DNA of 32,000 nucleotides from Candidatus Saccharimonadota bacterium (GCA_965229705.1 OZ245922.1:630001-662000), one strand, 5' to 3'; positions 1-11,835 are shown, counted from the stretch's first letter. Made by a program: numbers and translations. Notes: generated from the letters alone by a model not told the origin.

Positions 1-1158
1 GACGAAAAACTCATCACCAACTCCCAAGAACTCAATACCGTTCTCTGATGAGGACTTGTACAAGGAAGTATCGTACTGCTTTCTGGTGAACCCTGAATCT
101 GAAAATCTACACTCACCCTCCAACTCTGATGATGGATACAAAGTGAACTTCTCTATATATCTGGGGAAGAAACTCTCGGACAAATATCTGGAAGAGCAAA
201 AAGACTCAATATCTCTGGGACACATATCAAACTCCTCTCTGAAAATAACCTCGAAAATATCCTTGCCACTCTTGCAAAACACCAAAGTAAAGTAGTGATA
301 CTCGACTCTATTTCCGTGATGTATAGCAATGAACTTTCTGGTACTGCTGGGAGTATCGGTCAAGTCAGGTATATAACAGAAAAAATCGTCGAATACGGAA
401 AACAACACAACACCACCTGTATTATCATAGGACATGTTACCAAAGACGGATCTCTTGCGGGACCAAAAACACTTGAGCACATGGTAGATACGGTTCTCTA
501 CTTTGAAGGAGAAAAGTTTGATGATCTCAGAATCCTTCGTAATCTTAAAAACAGATTTGGGAGTAGCAGTGAAATCTGACTGTATAAGATGTCCGAAACT
601 GGACTCTCAGATATCTCCAATCCTGGACTAGAATTTATTTCTGACGGAGATGATATTATTGGTTCTGCACTTTCAATAACGATGGAGTGATCTCGACCTC
701 TCGTCATTGAAACTGAGGCTCTCACCAGCTACACAAAGTTTTGATACCCTAAACGCTCTAGTAGAGGAATCGCGTGATCAAAGCTCGATCTCATTATTGC
801 CGTACTCAGCAAGTATACCCCTATCAAACTTGAGAGTTATGATGTTTATGCCAATATTTCTCGTGGACTCACATTTTCAGAACCAGGTCTTGATCTGGCT
901 ATTGCTGCAAGTATCATATCATCAAAAAGTGGAAAAAGCCTGTGTAAAAAATCTCTCTTTATTGGAGAGATATCTCTTACAGGAAAAATTAAACCAGTCG
1001 TATTTCTCGAAAAGCGTATCAAAGAGGCAGTAAAGCTCGGATTTACAGATATCTTTGTTGCAAAAAAAGCCTCAGCATTTCAGGATATCTGACAAAAAAA
1101 TACCTCTACAAAGATACACACTATTTCGCATATATCTGATCTCATAAAAAATATATAA
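1..1158 (+). CDS. radA: DNA repair protein RadA (5' end lies outside the window)
   Basis: Frame 1 is open from nt 1 to TAA 1156-1158 when TGA = Gly. It contains Walker A GEPGIGKST, whose two Gly are TGA at 94-96 and 100-102, plus LGGGL (TGA TGA at 46-51), the KNRFG motif and a Lon-like C-terminal domain. Confidence 0.92.
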
Positions 1159-2304
1159 ATGAAAAACTCTCTTCTTATTGCTCTTATTATGATATGCTCA
1201 CTTATCTCTGGGTTGATGTGAAGCGTATTTTTTACCTCTCTAACTCTGTCCTCATGAGAGAATAGAGAATTGAAAAACTCAAAAAAATATAATTCTCAAG
1301 TACCCACTGTCTCCCTCAAACAGCTTGAATCAGAAATCACACAAATTGTCGAAAAAATTTCTCCAAGTGTTGTAAGTATTGTGATATCAAAAGACCTCCC
1401 TATCTTTCGTAGTGATCCTTGGGGATTTTTTCAAGAACCTGCAGGAAGTGTTTCGAGAAAAATCTGAGGATGAAGTGGTTTTTTTATCAGTGAAGATGGA
1501 AAAATCCTTACCAATAAGCATGTTGTTTCTGATAAAAATGCTGACTATACTGTGGTGCTCAAAGATGGTTCTGAATATAGTACTGAGATTCTTGCTCTTG
1601 ATCCTATCAATGATCTTGCCGTAATACAGATAGTTGATGCGCAAAAAAAATTTACACCTCTCATAATCAATCAAGATATCTCTGAGTTACAGATAGGTCA
1701 GTTTGGTATTGCTATTTGAAATGCTTTGGCTGAGTTTCAAAACTCTGTTTCTCTATGAATCATCTCTGGGAAAAATCGAAGTATCACCGCAAGTGGAGAA
1801 ACACTCTCTGGACTCCTACAAACTGACGCAGCTATAAACCCAGGAAATAGTTGAGGTCCTCTTGTGAGCCTGAATGGTGAAGTAGTTTGAATCAATACAG
1901 CGATTGCCGCTCAAGGAAACTCTGTTGGTTTTGCCTTTGCCTTAAGTGCTGAACGCATTGAATATATACTACAAAGTATCGAAAAATCATGAAGGATTAA
2001 AAAGCCTTTTATCGGAATCAATTATATAGATATCACTCCTCGCACTGCTGATCAGTTTGATCTCTCTGTTGATTATTGAGCATATATATTTAACGAAGAT
2101 GGAGCTGTTGTTGGTGGAAGTAGCGCTGAAAAAAACGGTATTGAACCATGAGATATTATTTTGGAAGTTGGGTGAGTCCGAGTTCAGTGAGGGCTTCTTA
2201 CAAGTATCATACAAAATGCTCTTCCTGGAGATATTTTGAACTTAAAGATATTAAAAAAATCTGGAAAACAGAAAAATATCACTCTGGAACTTGGAGAGTT
2301 ATAA
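1159..2304 (+). CDS. htrA: HtrA/DegP-family serine protease (S1C protease domain plus PDZ domain) with an N-terminal membrane anchor
   Basis: The ATG directly follows the radA stop. The catalytic triad contexts are TNKHVV, NDLAV and GNSGGP (one Gly of GNSGGP is TGA at 1852-1854). A PDZ-like C-terminus is present. The frame holds about 15 in-frame TGA codons and ends at TAA 2302-2304. Confidence 0.88.
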
Positions 2305-2727
2305 ATAAAACAATATCACCGCAACAACTATTCCGAGAAGACTGCCTGCAAACGCTTCACTGGGAAGATGTCCAAGAGACTCTTTGAGCTGTGTCTCCTC
2401 AAAACGTTCGTTAATCATTTTTGCATGAAGGCCTGCCTCATATCGTACATTGATAGCATCGTATATGATAATCATTGTAAATCCCATGACAATGGCAAAC
2501 ATATCCGAATGAATCCCATGTTTGAGAGCAAAAGCTGTTGCCAGAGATACCACAAGAGATGAGTGTACTGAGGGCATTCCTCCACTTCCAAGCGCTTTTT
2601 CGAGATTCCATTTTCCACTTGAGATTTTTACGCTGATTCCTTTAAATATTACCGCAAGTAAAAAAGTCACTGCAGGAACCAGTATAATATACTCATAAAA
2701 AATATTGTACTCAAGTGTTCAGGTCAT
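2299..2727 (-). CDS. Divergent PAP2 / DUF212 membrane protein (acid phosphatase / vanadium haloperoxidase-related family)
   Basis: Contains the GGMPSVHSS motif typical of DUF212. ORF 2299-2670 extends through one in-frame TGA to ATG 2725-2727. The stop is TAA. Confidence 0.7.
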
Positions 2728-2737
2728 AATACCTTTT

Positions 2738-3223
2738 TTAAGATACTTCTAGGATTTTATATTCACCCATAGCTCATGCACCATTTTTGAGAGAAAAATT
2801 ATCTCCTTTCTTTTTTCATAAAAGCGCCTTTCCTACTGGAGACTCGTTTGAAATAGTTGGAACTTTAGCAAGTATATCTGCCTCTGTTGTTCATACTATT
2901 TTATATTGCTGTTTTTCTTTACTTCCTACTTCTTGAATTGTGACGAGCATCCCCATATTGATTTTCTTTCCTCCTGAAGTTTTTTCTTCTTTGATGATCT
3001 CAACTCTCTTGAGTTGGTCTTCAAGTTCTGTAATACGCAGTTCTACCTGCGCTTGTTCATTACGAGCATCTTCATACTCAGAGTTTTCTGATAGGTCTCA
3101 AAAACTAATTGCTTCTTTGAGTTTTTCTGCTATTTCAATACGCTTATCTTCTTTTAAAGATCGAAGTTCTTCCTGGAGTTTTGTAAGTCCTTCTTGCGTA
3201 AGGTATATTCGTTGATCTGACAT
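2738..3223 (-). CDS. greA: Transcription elongation factor GreA
   Basis: 161 aa. The N-terminal coiled coil reads LTQEGLTKLQEELRSLK...DLSENSEYEDAR, followed by a C-terminal globular domain (SNESPVGKALLGKK). Five in-frame TGA codons. ATG at 3221-3223 and TAA at 2738-2740. Confidence 0.88.
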
Positions 3224-3227
3224 AATG

Positions 3228-3932
3228 TTATTTTTGCTTAGGGAATAAATTTTGTAAAATATCTTCGACACTATTATAGGATTCTTTTTTTATTTTCAAT
3301 CAAAAAGCTCTTTTTTCATATGCAAAAACGAGGCGTATCTCATCATTGTTTTCATAATCTGCATTGGTATTTATAAAAAAAGATTTTTCGCCAAAAGAAT
3401 TTGTTTCGTTGAGAAAAAAGCCTTCTTCCTCTTCCAAGAGAGAAAATATTTTCAAAATATCGTTATAACTCTTTGTTGGAAAAATATACAGTGTCAGTTC
3501 TGGTGAATAATATTCATAGTAATTGTCAGGATATTCTCTCGTAAGACCAAAAAGTCGCGTTTGTATGAGAAGTTCTGTAATATCAAAGCGTTCTTGAAAA
3601 GCTTGCAACACTTCATTCTCATAAAATGTTAGCTCTGGGAGCTGCTCTTCATCGTCTGAAATATCTCATTTTTGTGACTCAACGACTTCGAGAAACGTCA
3701 TTCCTTTTTGTCTTTTTGAAACCACATCAAGGACCTTATCTATATCTCCATCAAGTTCATCTTGTATTTTAACTACTTCTTCGACATCGAGTATATTATC
3801 AGAACTCACTGTTTCACTCCCATACTTCATCTTTTTTACAAAAAATCGATAGTCATCACTCATAGCATACAAAACAATATTTGTAAGAGTTCCTACAAGT
3901 AATACTGCGAGAATAAATAAGAGTATACGCAT
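3228..3932 (-). CDS. Hypothetical membrane-anchored protein (N-terminal TM helix, acidic linker)
   Basis: ORFs 3666-3932 and 3300-3611 share a frame and join through TGA 3666-3668. The apparent stop at 3300-3302 is also TGA, and the frame continues to TAA 3228-3230. I recognised no family. Confidence 0.6.
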
Positions 3933-3942
3933 AAGAGATAAT

Positions 3943-4479
3943 TTATTTTACAACTATCTGAGAAAAATCGAGCTCTATAGGAGTATCTCGACCGAGTAAA
4001 TTAATATTTACTTTTACGAGACCTTTTTCTTCATTTACATGGGTAATCACTCCTTCATTTCCTTCAAACGCTCCTTTGGTAATCATGGCTCTATCACCTG
4101 ATGTAAATTTTGCACTAAAGGTTTCATCTTTGTCTTCGACTTTTCCTTTGAGTTTCTCCAGTTCTTCTCCAGAAACGGGAACCGGGATATTTCCTGCCCC
4201 AAGAAACCCTGTAACATTTGGAGTATTTCGCACAATATACCAACTCTCATTTGTCACTCGCATTTGCACAAGGATATATCATGGGAGAATATTTTTCTTC
4301 TTTTTGACCTTTGTTCCTCAGGCTCTTACCGATACAACATCGTGTGTTGGAACAAATACATCGAGGATATATTCTTCGAGGCTAAAGCTTTCTCTTCTCT
4401 GGAAGAGTGACTGTTTTACATTTTCTTCTGTTCCTGATATTACTTGTATTACATACCATTCTGGTTTTGCAGTTGTCAT
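3943..4479 (-). CDS. nusG: Transcription termination/antitermination factor NusG
   Basis: The NGN domain begins MTTAKPEWYVIQV.. and a KOW domain follows (GDRAMITKGAFEGNEGVI). ORF 3943-4269 extends upstream through two in-frame TGA codons to ATG 4477-4479. Confidence 0.9.
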
Positions 4480-4535
4480 ATATATTTATATTTTTATGAA
4501 ATAATATTATCCTTGATCATTCATAGGATATACTC

Positions 4536-4865
4536 TTATTGATCAGTTTCTTCTAGCGTTTCTCACTGTTCATCATCTATACTTATCTCTATTGCTGCTT
4601 CATCCGAGATAAGAGGAATCTCATCCTCGTTTCCGAGCATTCGGTTTATCTCTTCTATGGTTTGTGGTTGAGGAGCAGTTTCTCCTCAAATCATATCTTT
4701 GAGTCCAAAAATAATTGTCGAAAATATATTGCTAAAGAGAAACAAATAGAGCCCAAAAATGACTAGCATTATCAAAACGATATTAAAGTATTTTTGCGTT
4801 TCTTTTGTTGTGGGCCATACAACGTGTTTGAGTTCTCTTAGAGCTCATTTCACAAAGTGTATCAT
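4536..4865 (-). CDS. secE: Preprotein translocase subunit SecE (single TM helix) with a long acidic C-terminal tail
   Basis: Lies immediately upstream of nusG. The motif ELKHVVWPTTKET is followed by one TM helix. Contains 4 in-frame TGA codons (encoding MIHFVKG.., the GG pair in DMIGGE, and DEQGE). Stop is TAA 4536-4538. Confidence 0.72.
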
Positions 4866-4943
4866 ACAAAATTTGTTAAAAATAAAAAACACTCAGCTTT
4901 GCTGGTGTCTGTCAAGTCTATTATATGAAAAGAAGTATTTTGT

Positions 4944-4970
4944 CAAAAAAATCTCACATTAGGTGAGATT
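4944..4970 (-). terminator. Intrinsic-terminator-like hairpin on the minus strand (8-bp stem AATCTCAC/GTGAGATT followed by a U-run)
   Basis: Perfect 8-bp stem with a 5-nt loop. The A7 run at 4944-4950 gives a U-run on the minus-strand transcript. No minus-strand gene lies immediately upstream of it. Confidence 0.35.
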
Positions 4971-5114
4971 ATTACTTGCAGAATACTGTATGAATATACT
5001 TAATTTATTTTGTCAAATAAAATCTTCAAAAAAAAGCTCAGAAAATATTTTTTTTCGATGAACTATGATATACTGAGAAAAATGTATTTATAATAACACT
5101 GATATATTTCGATT

Positions 5115-5621
5115 ATGATACTTCCACTGAGCATATTTATAGTTGTTTGCCTCTGATGAGCTGCTGTGTTTTTTCTCTTTTATGAGTACCACATATCACA
5201 GCAAGAGAAACATATCTTGTCCCTGTTTCGTACACAAAGTAATATCATTCCTAGCCTATACGAACTTTCCAAATGAACACTCAATAAACACCAAGAAATC
5301 TTTGAGTCTCTTATAGCACTAAGAAAGCAAGAGTTTCATATGCAGTCTCTCTCTCATGATCTCCGATACCTTGGAAGCCTTGAGAAAAAAATATCTCATG
5401 AAATACAGTTTGTGTTTACTGCCTGTGATAACCATCCACAACTTATAAAGAAAAAGCAGTTCCTCTACATGCGAGATATCATGATCCAGCAACCTCTTGC
5501 CATACGAAAAGCTCTCAAAAAAAGAAATGTCCTCATAGAACATTTCAACAACTATATCCGCTACAAAAACCTCTCTCTTATATGATACATACTCCCTTTT
5601 CAAAAAAAGGAAATCATATAA
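5115..5621 (+). CDS. LemA-like membrane protein
   Basis: An N-terminal TM helix is followed by SNIIPSLYELSKGTLNKHQEIFESL and NHPQLIKKKQFL...HFNNYI, which resemble LemA family blocks. Four in-frame TGA codons. Stop is TAA 5619-5621. The antisense ORF 5319-5603 was judged spurious. Confidence 0.55.
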
Positions 5622-5674
5622 GAAAATGCAAAAAAACTCCGTATTTCTTATTTTTCCGTGCTTCCATAGAAGAC

Positions 5675-6349
5675 CTATTCACACAAAAGTTCATTTATTT
5701 TTTTGATCGTTGTAGTGTATACATATCCCGTAGGAAGACGAATACCCCAGGGATCTAGTATATCTTCCCTATAACGCACTTGAAAATCTTTTACTGCCTC
5801 AAAATCATCCAAGCCATAGACCCCATCTCTCCGAACATCAAAACCTTCTGATATTAAGAGATTTTCAAGTATTTCTAGCTCATCTATGTTGTTATCTCTC
5901 TGTATTCAAAGAGGTCATATAATCGGCGTACATGTATCTGTATCTTCTTGAATAGAACGACTATTTTCCCTTGAACTGCTACTGTCTGAAACTTCTGTAT
6001 TTTTTGAACTGATTGATACCTCTAATGTTTCTCTTGTTTCCTCTCTTTCTTGTTCTTGTGGAATTGCCTCTTGTTTTTTTGGGATATTTCTCTCGGTAAC
6101 AAAAAGTACATCTTGTGCGCGAATCGCATCTTGTGGGAGACTAATATCTATTTCTTCCGCGTCTGCTAGAATACTCTCAGAGTCAGAGATAAGAGAAACT
6201 CACTGTGAGAGAAAAGATGGAGAAATTTGCTGATTGATCTGCAAAGTGTGAAAGCAGTGAGAATGTCACTGACACATATACCAATAACAAAAAATGTATC
6301 AGGATACAAATGAAAAAACTATAGCCGAACAAAGCAAAAATATCTTCAT
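5675..6349 (-). CDS. Secreted or membrane-anchored protein with a C-terminal peptidoglycan-binding (PG_binding_1-like) domain
   Basis: This frame differs from the listed ORF 6183-6413. It starts with the signal/TM sequence MKIFLLCSAIVFSF, then has a Glu/Ser-rich linker, then LENLLISEGFDVRRDGVYGLDDFEAVKDFQ. Five in-frame TGA codons. Stop is TAG 5675-5677. Confidence 0.6.
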
Positions 6350-6464
6350 ACGTCTCGTACTGGTAAGTGATATTCATATAGGAGTATCTTAGAAAGACAA
6401 AAACAAAAGTCAAAAAAAGAGAGGAAAACTTGCTTTTTCTTTCCTGTGAGAATATAGTAAAAGT

Positions 6465-7328
6465 ATGAAAAAAATCGTCTTATACATTCTACTGACTTGT
6501 CTCTGCTGATTTCTCGGATATCACTGAGTATACGCTAACTGACAAAGCGATATATGTGCAGGAAATGATAAAGAACAAACCTATAAGTGTCGCATCGAAA
6601 GCATTTGTAATGCTTATAAATCACCAAAACCCGTATATGTCACTCAGGCATATCTCCAAAACAATGACGATGAAGATGCAAAATGATGAACCATACTTGA
6701 GACTGCCAAAGAACGCTACAGAGAAAATATGTGAAATATTTATACATGTGCCATTATCCAAGCACAAAAAAATAGTCTCAAAAATCTCCAAGGTTTTCTC
6801 AAAGCTGAAGCATGATGAGAACTTGCACAAAACTTTTGATGACAAATAGAAATACGCCAAAACCGTCTCGATATCTCCGCAAATACGATCTGATGTACTC
6901 TCAGTGATAGAGAAAATGTCCAAAACAAGCTCAATATCCTCAAAGAAAGTAGTCATGAAACATGTAAATATGTGAATTATCTCGCATACCTTGATAGCTA
7001 CTATGACGATGTAGCAAGTATATATTCAGATGAGGAAAAACAAGAAGTGTATAAGAATATCCCAAATATCATTACTGATATTGAAACTCAGAATATCTCG
7101 AGCGATATCAACCGACTCAAGAATGCCCTCGCAGAAGAGCGATCTCACACTTTTCAAGTATTTCCTCTTGCCTATCAGGCGTATAGTGAATATGAAAACA
7201 CCTTCCCCATTCACTTTCTCCTCGAACTTATTGAGGCTGACTTCATTATATTGAGGCAAAAACTCTATGAAACACTTATGCCTCTCGCTCAACTAGGAAT
7301 CAAAATGATCAATGCGATGAGCTATTAA
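6465..7328 (+). CDS. Hypothetical secreted protein (signal peptide, several Cys), 287 aa
   Basis: One continuous frame contains 14 in-frame TGA codons, including four TGA-TGA doublets. It begins MKKIVLYILLTCLC.. and absorbs ORF 6972-7328. I recognised no family. Confidence 0.6.
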
Positions 7329-7339
7329 GGAAGATATTC

Positions 7340-8389
7340 TTATCTTCGAAATCATCTCTCTTTTCACCTCATTTCCGTATATTTACCATTGAGACATCTA
7401 CTAATATATGGATATTCATCCGTTACAAGGTAGATATACTCATCATCTATCACTATTCCATTACACGCGTCAAGGTCACCCAATCCTGCAAAATACTCCC
7501 AGTCAGAAACGTAGGTTCCGTCTGGCTCAGTCTTATCAAGAATTACTGTCTTGTTTCTATAACTACAGCCTGTACCTGTCCTGATTGTATCAGAGAGCTG
7601 GTAGCTTGGAGAGTATTGACCACTCTTAGAGTAGTACATAGGAAAGCCATCTTGAGCAAAACCGATATGTACCAAATCTTCTCCTGTATCAGCAAAATCT
7701 ACAAGTCATTGAGAAATACCGTGATAATGATATTCTCCTGTAGGTTGTACATGAGCATGCTGATGATCAAGACCAATATTTGTCATATCTTGAATTGCTT
7801 CTATTCTATAACTTTCTCCTGACTGACACTTTACTACTTCTGCTGTTTGTGGTTCAAACTTTACTCCATTGAGTGCTATTCCAGGGGTATGAGCATCTGT
7901 CTGCTTTCCAGTATATTCTCATAAGTATGGAATACTATAAGATACTTCTTGAGAACTGATTGTATGGGGATTACCAGAATTGGGAAAATCTCAGGTCTCA
8001 TGATTTGGAAGCGCATTTGTTGAGATTCTTCTCTGATCTCAGCTGATGATAACATCTGTTTGTGTTCCATACTCGGTACTATTGATACTATATTCTTCAA
8101 AAAATGAGACTCCAATAAGATTCGAGCTGTGATCTCAGGTACTATCTAGCTTTGAAATAAGATAGTTCAATATATATAAGCTCCTCTCATCTTCTGCATA
8201 TTCACTCTTGTAGTTTTCGAGTTTCATAAGTACTCACGATCGAAGACCTTCTCCTTCTGCTGCAATAATACTTTCGAGCTGAAAAGCAGCAGTATCCATT
8301 CTTTGTTGAAGCTCTTGGGAAGGAGAAAATGCAAAAACTGAAACAACTCCAAAAATAAGGATAAAAGATATAGAGTATATTTTTTTCAT
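7340..8389 (-). CDS. YHYH-domain secreted protein
   Basis: ORFs 8234-8449 and 7364-7675 and the sequence between them lie in one frame with 9 in-frame TGA codons. The signal peptide is MKKIYSISFILIFGVVSVFA. Motifs GEYHYHG and GDLDACNG...YIYLVTDEYPY are typical of the YHYH family. The apparent stop at 7364-7366 is TGA, and the true stop is TAA 7340-7342. Confidence 0.7.
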
Positions 8390-8457
8390 GTTTAGATATG
8401 ATATAAGAAAATATATAATCCTATCATAATGAAAGGAAATAAGACGCAAGTTTCAAA

Positions 8458-9330
8458 CTACACTTCCAAACCAAAAAATACTTTTACCAACACTCCGATA
8501 AAAAAAGATATCAGTGCCACACACAGTGATATGAGAGCCATTTCGGTAAACCTCTTGGTAAAATTATAGTCTTTTGCAATAGATATATAAAAGTTGAAAC
8601 ATCATATGATGAGCAGCGCTACTCAGAGCGTTGTGAGCAAAGCGTAAAATGGATTTGATATCAAAAAGTATGGTGTTACAAGAAATATCACTGTCCCAAT
8701 ATAAGCACATCCAGTATACACACTTGAGATGATAGCCTGCTTTATATCTCATCACTGTTCTTGCCTCTGAGAGAGAAACTCACTTGCTGCCATAGAAAAA
8801 CTCGCAGAAATACCCGTAATCAGTCAGATAAGCGCAATACTTCGAGAGTTTTGAATGGCAAAGGTAAATCACGCAAGAGCCCCCGTAAGCTCTACTAAGG
8901 CGTCATTGAGTCCTAATACAATAGATCACATATAACTCAGTTTTGCTTCATGAAGCATATTGATGAGTTCTCTTTCATGTTGTTCCTCATCTTCGAGAAT
9001 ACGCAGGATTTCTGGATATTCTTGTCATAGAAGAGTGTATGATTCTTGGGCTTGAGACTCTCCTATTTCCATAAGTTTGAGTCCAAAAGTGAGACCAAGT
9101 ATTTTACTGATCATGATATACAAGTTCACTCTCCATCTTCGAGCCTGCACGTCTTTTTGTGTGAGTTCTCTCAGCATAATATAATGCTTTTTTTCATCTT
9201 CAGCTATAGACTGCAGGATATTTTTATTTTCTTCATTTTTTTCTTTTTTCGCAAGTCTGATGTAAATATCATGGCTTTCTGCCTCGTCTCTCTGCATCTG
9301 GATAAGAATATTTTGAAGTGTTTTTTGCAT
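8458..9330 (-). CDS. Ferritin-like (erythrin) domain fused to a VIT1/CCC1 iron transporter (MbfA-like)
   Basis: The N-terminal domain has paired E...ExxH motifs (EAESH, EKKH, ESQAQE, EEQH). The C-terminal part has multiple TM helices (LGLNDALVELTGALAG...). Nine in-frame TGA codons. Stop is TAG 8458-8460. Confidence 0.75.
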
Positions 9331-9405
9331 TTTGATATTTTTAGTGATATAGACCCTCTTTATTTCTCACAAATAGGAAAAAATGAGTCTATTTTTATAT
9401 TTGCC

Positions 9406-10152
9406 CTATTTGATCTTCGGAAAAAATATTGGCGTAGTTTTGCTATACTCTTGAAAATTTTTCTGATCTTTGTAACGATGTTCGAGAAATGGAACTCCCG
9501 AAACATATCGAAGCAGGAGAAACATCACAAGAGGAGAAACAAGAGCAAATATCGTTGCTTGCAGAGTGATAATAGAAATTCAGACCCAAAACATACTCTC
9601 TCCAAAATACTGAGGATAACGATGATATTTTCTGAGCCCTTGGGTGAGTATGTCTCATTTTTTCTTTGTCCTCATAAACTGAGCGAGTTCTGTATCTGCC
9701 ATGATCTCATATATGAGACCAAAAACCGCAATACCCGCTCAGAGAAAACTCAAAAATATACTTCCCTGAAATGAGGAAAGATTCATAAAAATAAGAGGAC
9801 CAGCTACACAGCACGCTAAAGCATACTGCAAACAAAAGACTTGGAGAAAGCCTCGAAGTATCGGATACTTCCATGATTTTCTCATCATGCGATAACGAAA
9901 ATCTTCCTTCCCTAATTCTTTCCTCTTTTTGAGAAAAATATGTAGTCCAAGCCTGAGACCCCAAACACAAATAAGAAATGTCAGTAGTGTATGAGTAGGA
10001 GTAAAGTTTTGTCACGCGGCATAACTTCATCACACTAAAACCACAAAGCTTATACCCCAGAAAATATCAACAATAGAATTGTCTGTATATTTTATGCTAT
10101 AGAGAAACTGACACAAGAAGATACATGCAAGAAAAAGAAATACATATAACAT
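9406..10152 (-). CDS. DUF1295 family membrane protein (steroid 5-alpha-reductase / ICMT-like fold)
   Basis: 248 aa with multiple TM helices and the diagnostic block GLRKYHRYPQYFGESMFWVG. Six in-frame TGA codons. The ATG at 10150-10152 lies 3 nt after the stop of the upstream gene. Confidence 0.75.
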
Positions 10153-10154
10153 TT

Positions 10155-10571
10155 TTATAAAGCTTTAGAAACATAATACATTACCAGAGAAATAGTGGCG
10201 CACAGAACAACACCCCAAAGTGTATCAACGATACTAAAAGTTAAAGAATAGTTTTTGAGAAATGTGAGATTAGTAAAGTCATATACTCCGTAAAGAAGAC
10301 CTCAAAGCAGTCATCCATAGAGAACGCTTGAACTAAGTGTTGCTCCATATGGAGTCTTCGTTACAAATATCATAATTGTCAGAACAATAAGTGCCCAAGC
10401 AATGAGTCCAGCACCAAGGTTAATTTTTATGCCTCCATCTTGAACAACAACTAGCGCTCAAAACTCACGAATAATAAAGTTATGAAGTACATAACCAAGC
10501 CATATAGTATCCATGATCAAGAGCGTAAAAAATCCCGACGCAAACAAAGCAAGAAGTTTGAGAATTTCCAT
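10155..10571 (-). CDS. DUF2177 family membrane protein
   Basis: 138 aa with four predicted TM helices. The start MEILKLLALFASGFFTLLIMDTIWLG and the block YGVYDFTNL resemble DUF2177. It is packed tightly against the DUF1295 gene. Confidence 0.55.
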
Positions 10572-10701
10572 AATTTTTCTGTTATAAAAATAAAGCTGAA
10601 AGATATACGAAAAGTTTTTATGATTATTTCTCACAAAGAGAAAGGTTTGAGTTTTTTCGTATTTCTCTAGTATATGTCTTATACGGGAATAACAAAAAAA
10701 T

Positions 10702-11835
10702 ATGAAGATTTTTCCATTTGCAGATATCCTTTTATGGTATAAAAAATATGGTCGCCAGTGACTGCCATGGAGAGAATACCATTATGACGCAAAAACTCTT
10801 GGGTATCGTGTATGGCTCTCGGAAACGATGCTCCAACAAACACAGGCAGAAAGAGTAAAAAACTATTTTACAAATATTATCACCGCTTTCCCCACTGTTG
10901 AAAGTCTCGCTCGTAGTGAATATGAAGACTTTTTTTACTATTATAAATGACTGTGATATTATTCTCGGGCTCGTAATATGCTAAAAGCAGCAAAGATTGT
11001 GGTAGAAGACTTTTGATGAGTGTTTCCAAAAGAAACTTCTCAGTTACAAAAACTTCCTTGAGTATGACCTTATACCGCTGAGGCTATTCGCGCATTTAGT
11101 TATGATATTGCTACCCTATCTTTTGATACCAATCTTGAAAAAATATTTGCGAGATATTATCATGGAGATAAGTGTAAAAAACTGACACAAAAAGAGAAAG
11201 ACGAACTCATAGGGCAGTTTGAAAAATTTTGTAAAAAAACACAGTGAAATGAGTGAATTTCTCGCAGTATTAACAATGCTCTTATGGATTTTTGAGCTCT
11301 CGTTTCTCTTGCAAATCCTGATACTATAGACTGGGAAAATTATCCCTTAAAAGACTGTAAGTTTTATAGATCTCAGGGAAATCTTGAGGAAAAAAAACCA
11401 AGAAACATATCCCGTTTCCCTCATAAGCAAGCATATATCATAGCTGTGCTTCATAAAGATCATAAGAAATATTTTTCTGACACTCATCGTCTGCTCAATC
11501 AAAACGAGCAACATATATCTTCATATTCTCTTTGAGAAAAGAGCCTAAAAATAAGAGATACAGCGAAAGGGTTTATACCTTTTTTTATATGAAAAAATAC
11601 TGGAAATCCTCGCGATCAAATACAAAAATATTTTATGAAAAACTATCATCTTGAGGTCTCTGTTCGTCCTCCAGAAATAAAGTCCTATAATCAGTATGAA
11701 GCTCCCTATATCGTGTGCTATTGCCAAGTGCAGTCGTGAACACATACCTTTGAAGTGTATGAGGATATCAAGGTAAGAGGTTTTGAAGAATGATATGTGG
11801 AGCTATTGGAGTTTTGAGAACAAAGACTTTTTTAG
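10702..11835 (+). CDS. mutY: A/G-specific adenine DNA glycosylase MutY (HhH-GPD domain plus NUDIX-like C-terminal domain); Fe-S ligands appear to be missing
   Basis: Family blocks present: LLWYKKYGRQGLPWR, VWLSETMLQQTQ, GLGYYSRARN and LPGVGPYTA (both Gly of LPGVG are TGA at 11059-11061 and 11065-11067). One continuous frame with about 20 in-frame TGA codons. Stop is TAG 11833-11835. Confidence 0.85.

Noticed and set aside
4076-4504. The 142-aa plus-strand ORF.
   Set aside because: It is antisense to nusG and has serine- and phenylalanine-rich shadow composition.
6183-6413. The listed minus-strand ORF 6183-6413 as the gene at this locus.
   Set aside because: Under code 25 a different minus-strand frame gives a 224-aa protein (5675-6349) with a signal peptide and a PG-binding domain. 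The listed frame ends in low-complexity sequence at TAG 6141-6143.
9046-9774. The 242-aa plus-strand ORF, the longest single plus-strand ORF in this region of the track.
   Set aside because: It lies antisense to the MbfA-like and DUF1295 genes, has low-complexity F/I/S/K-rich composition and carries no recognisable motif. Both minus-strand genes have clear family signatures.
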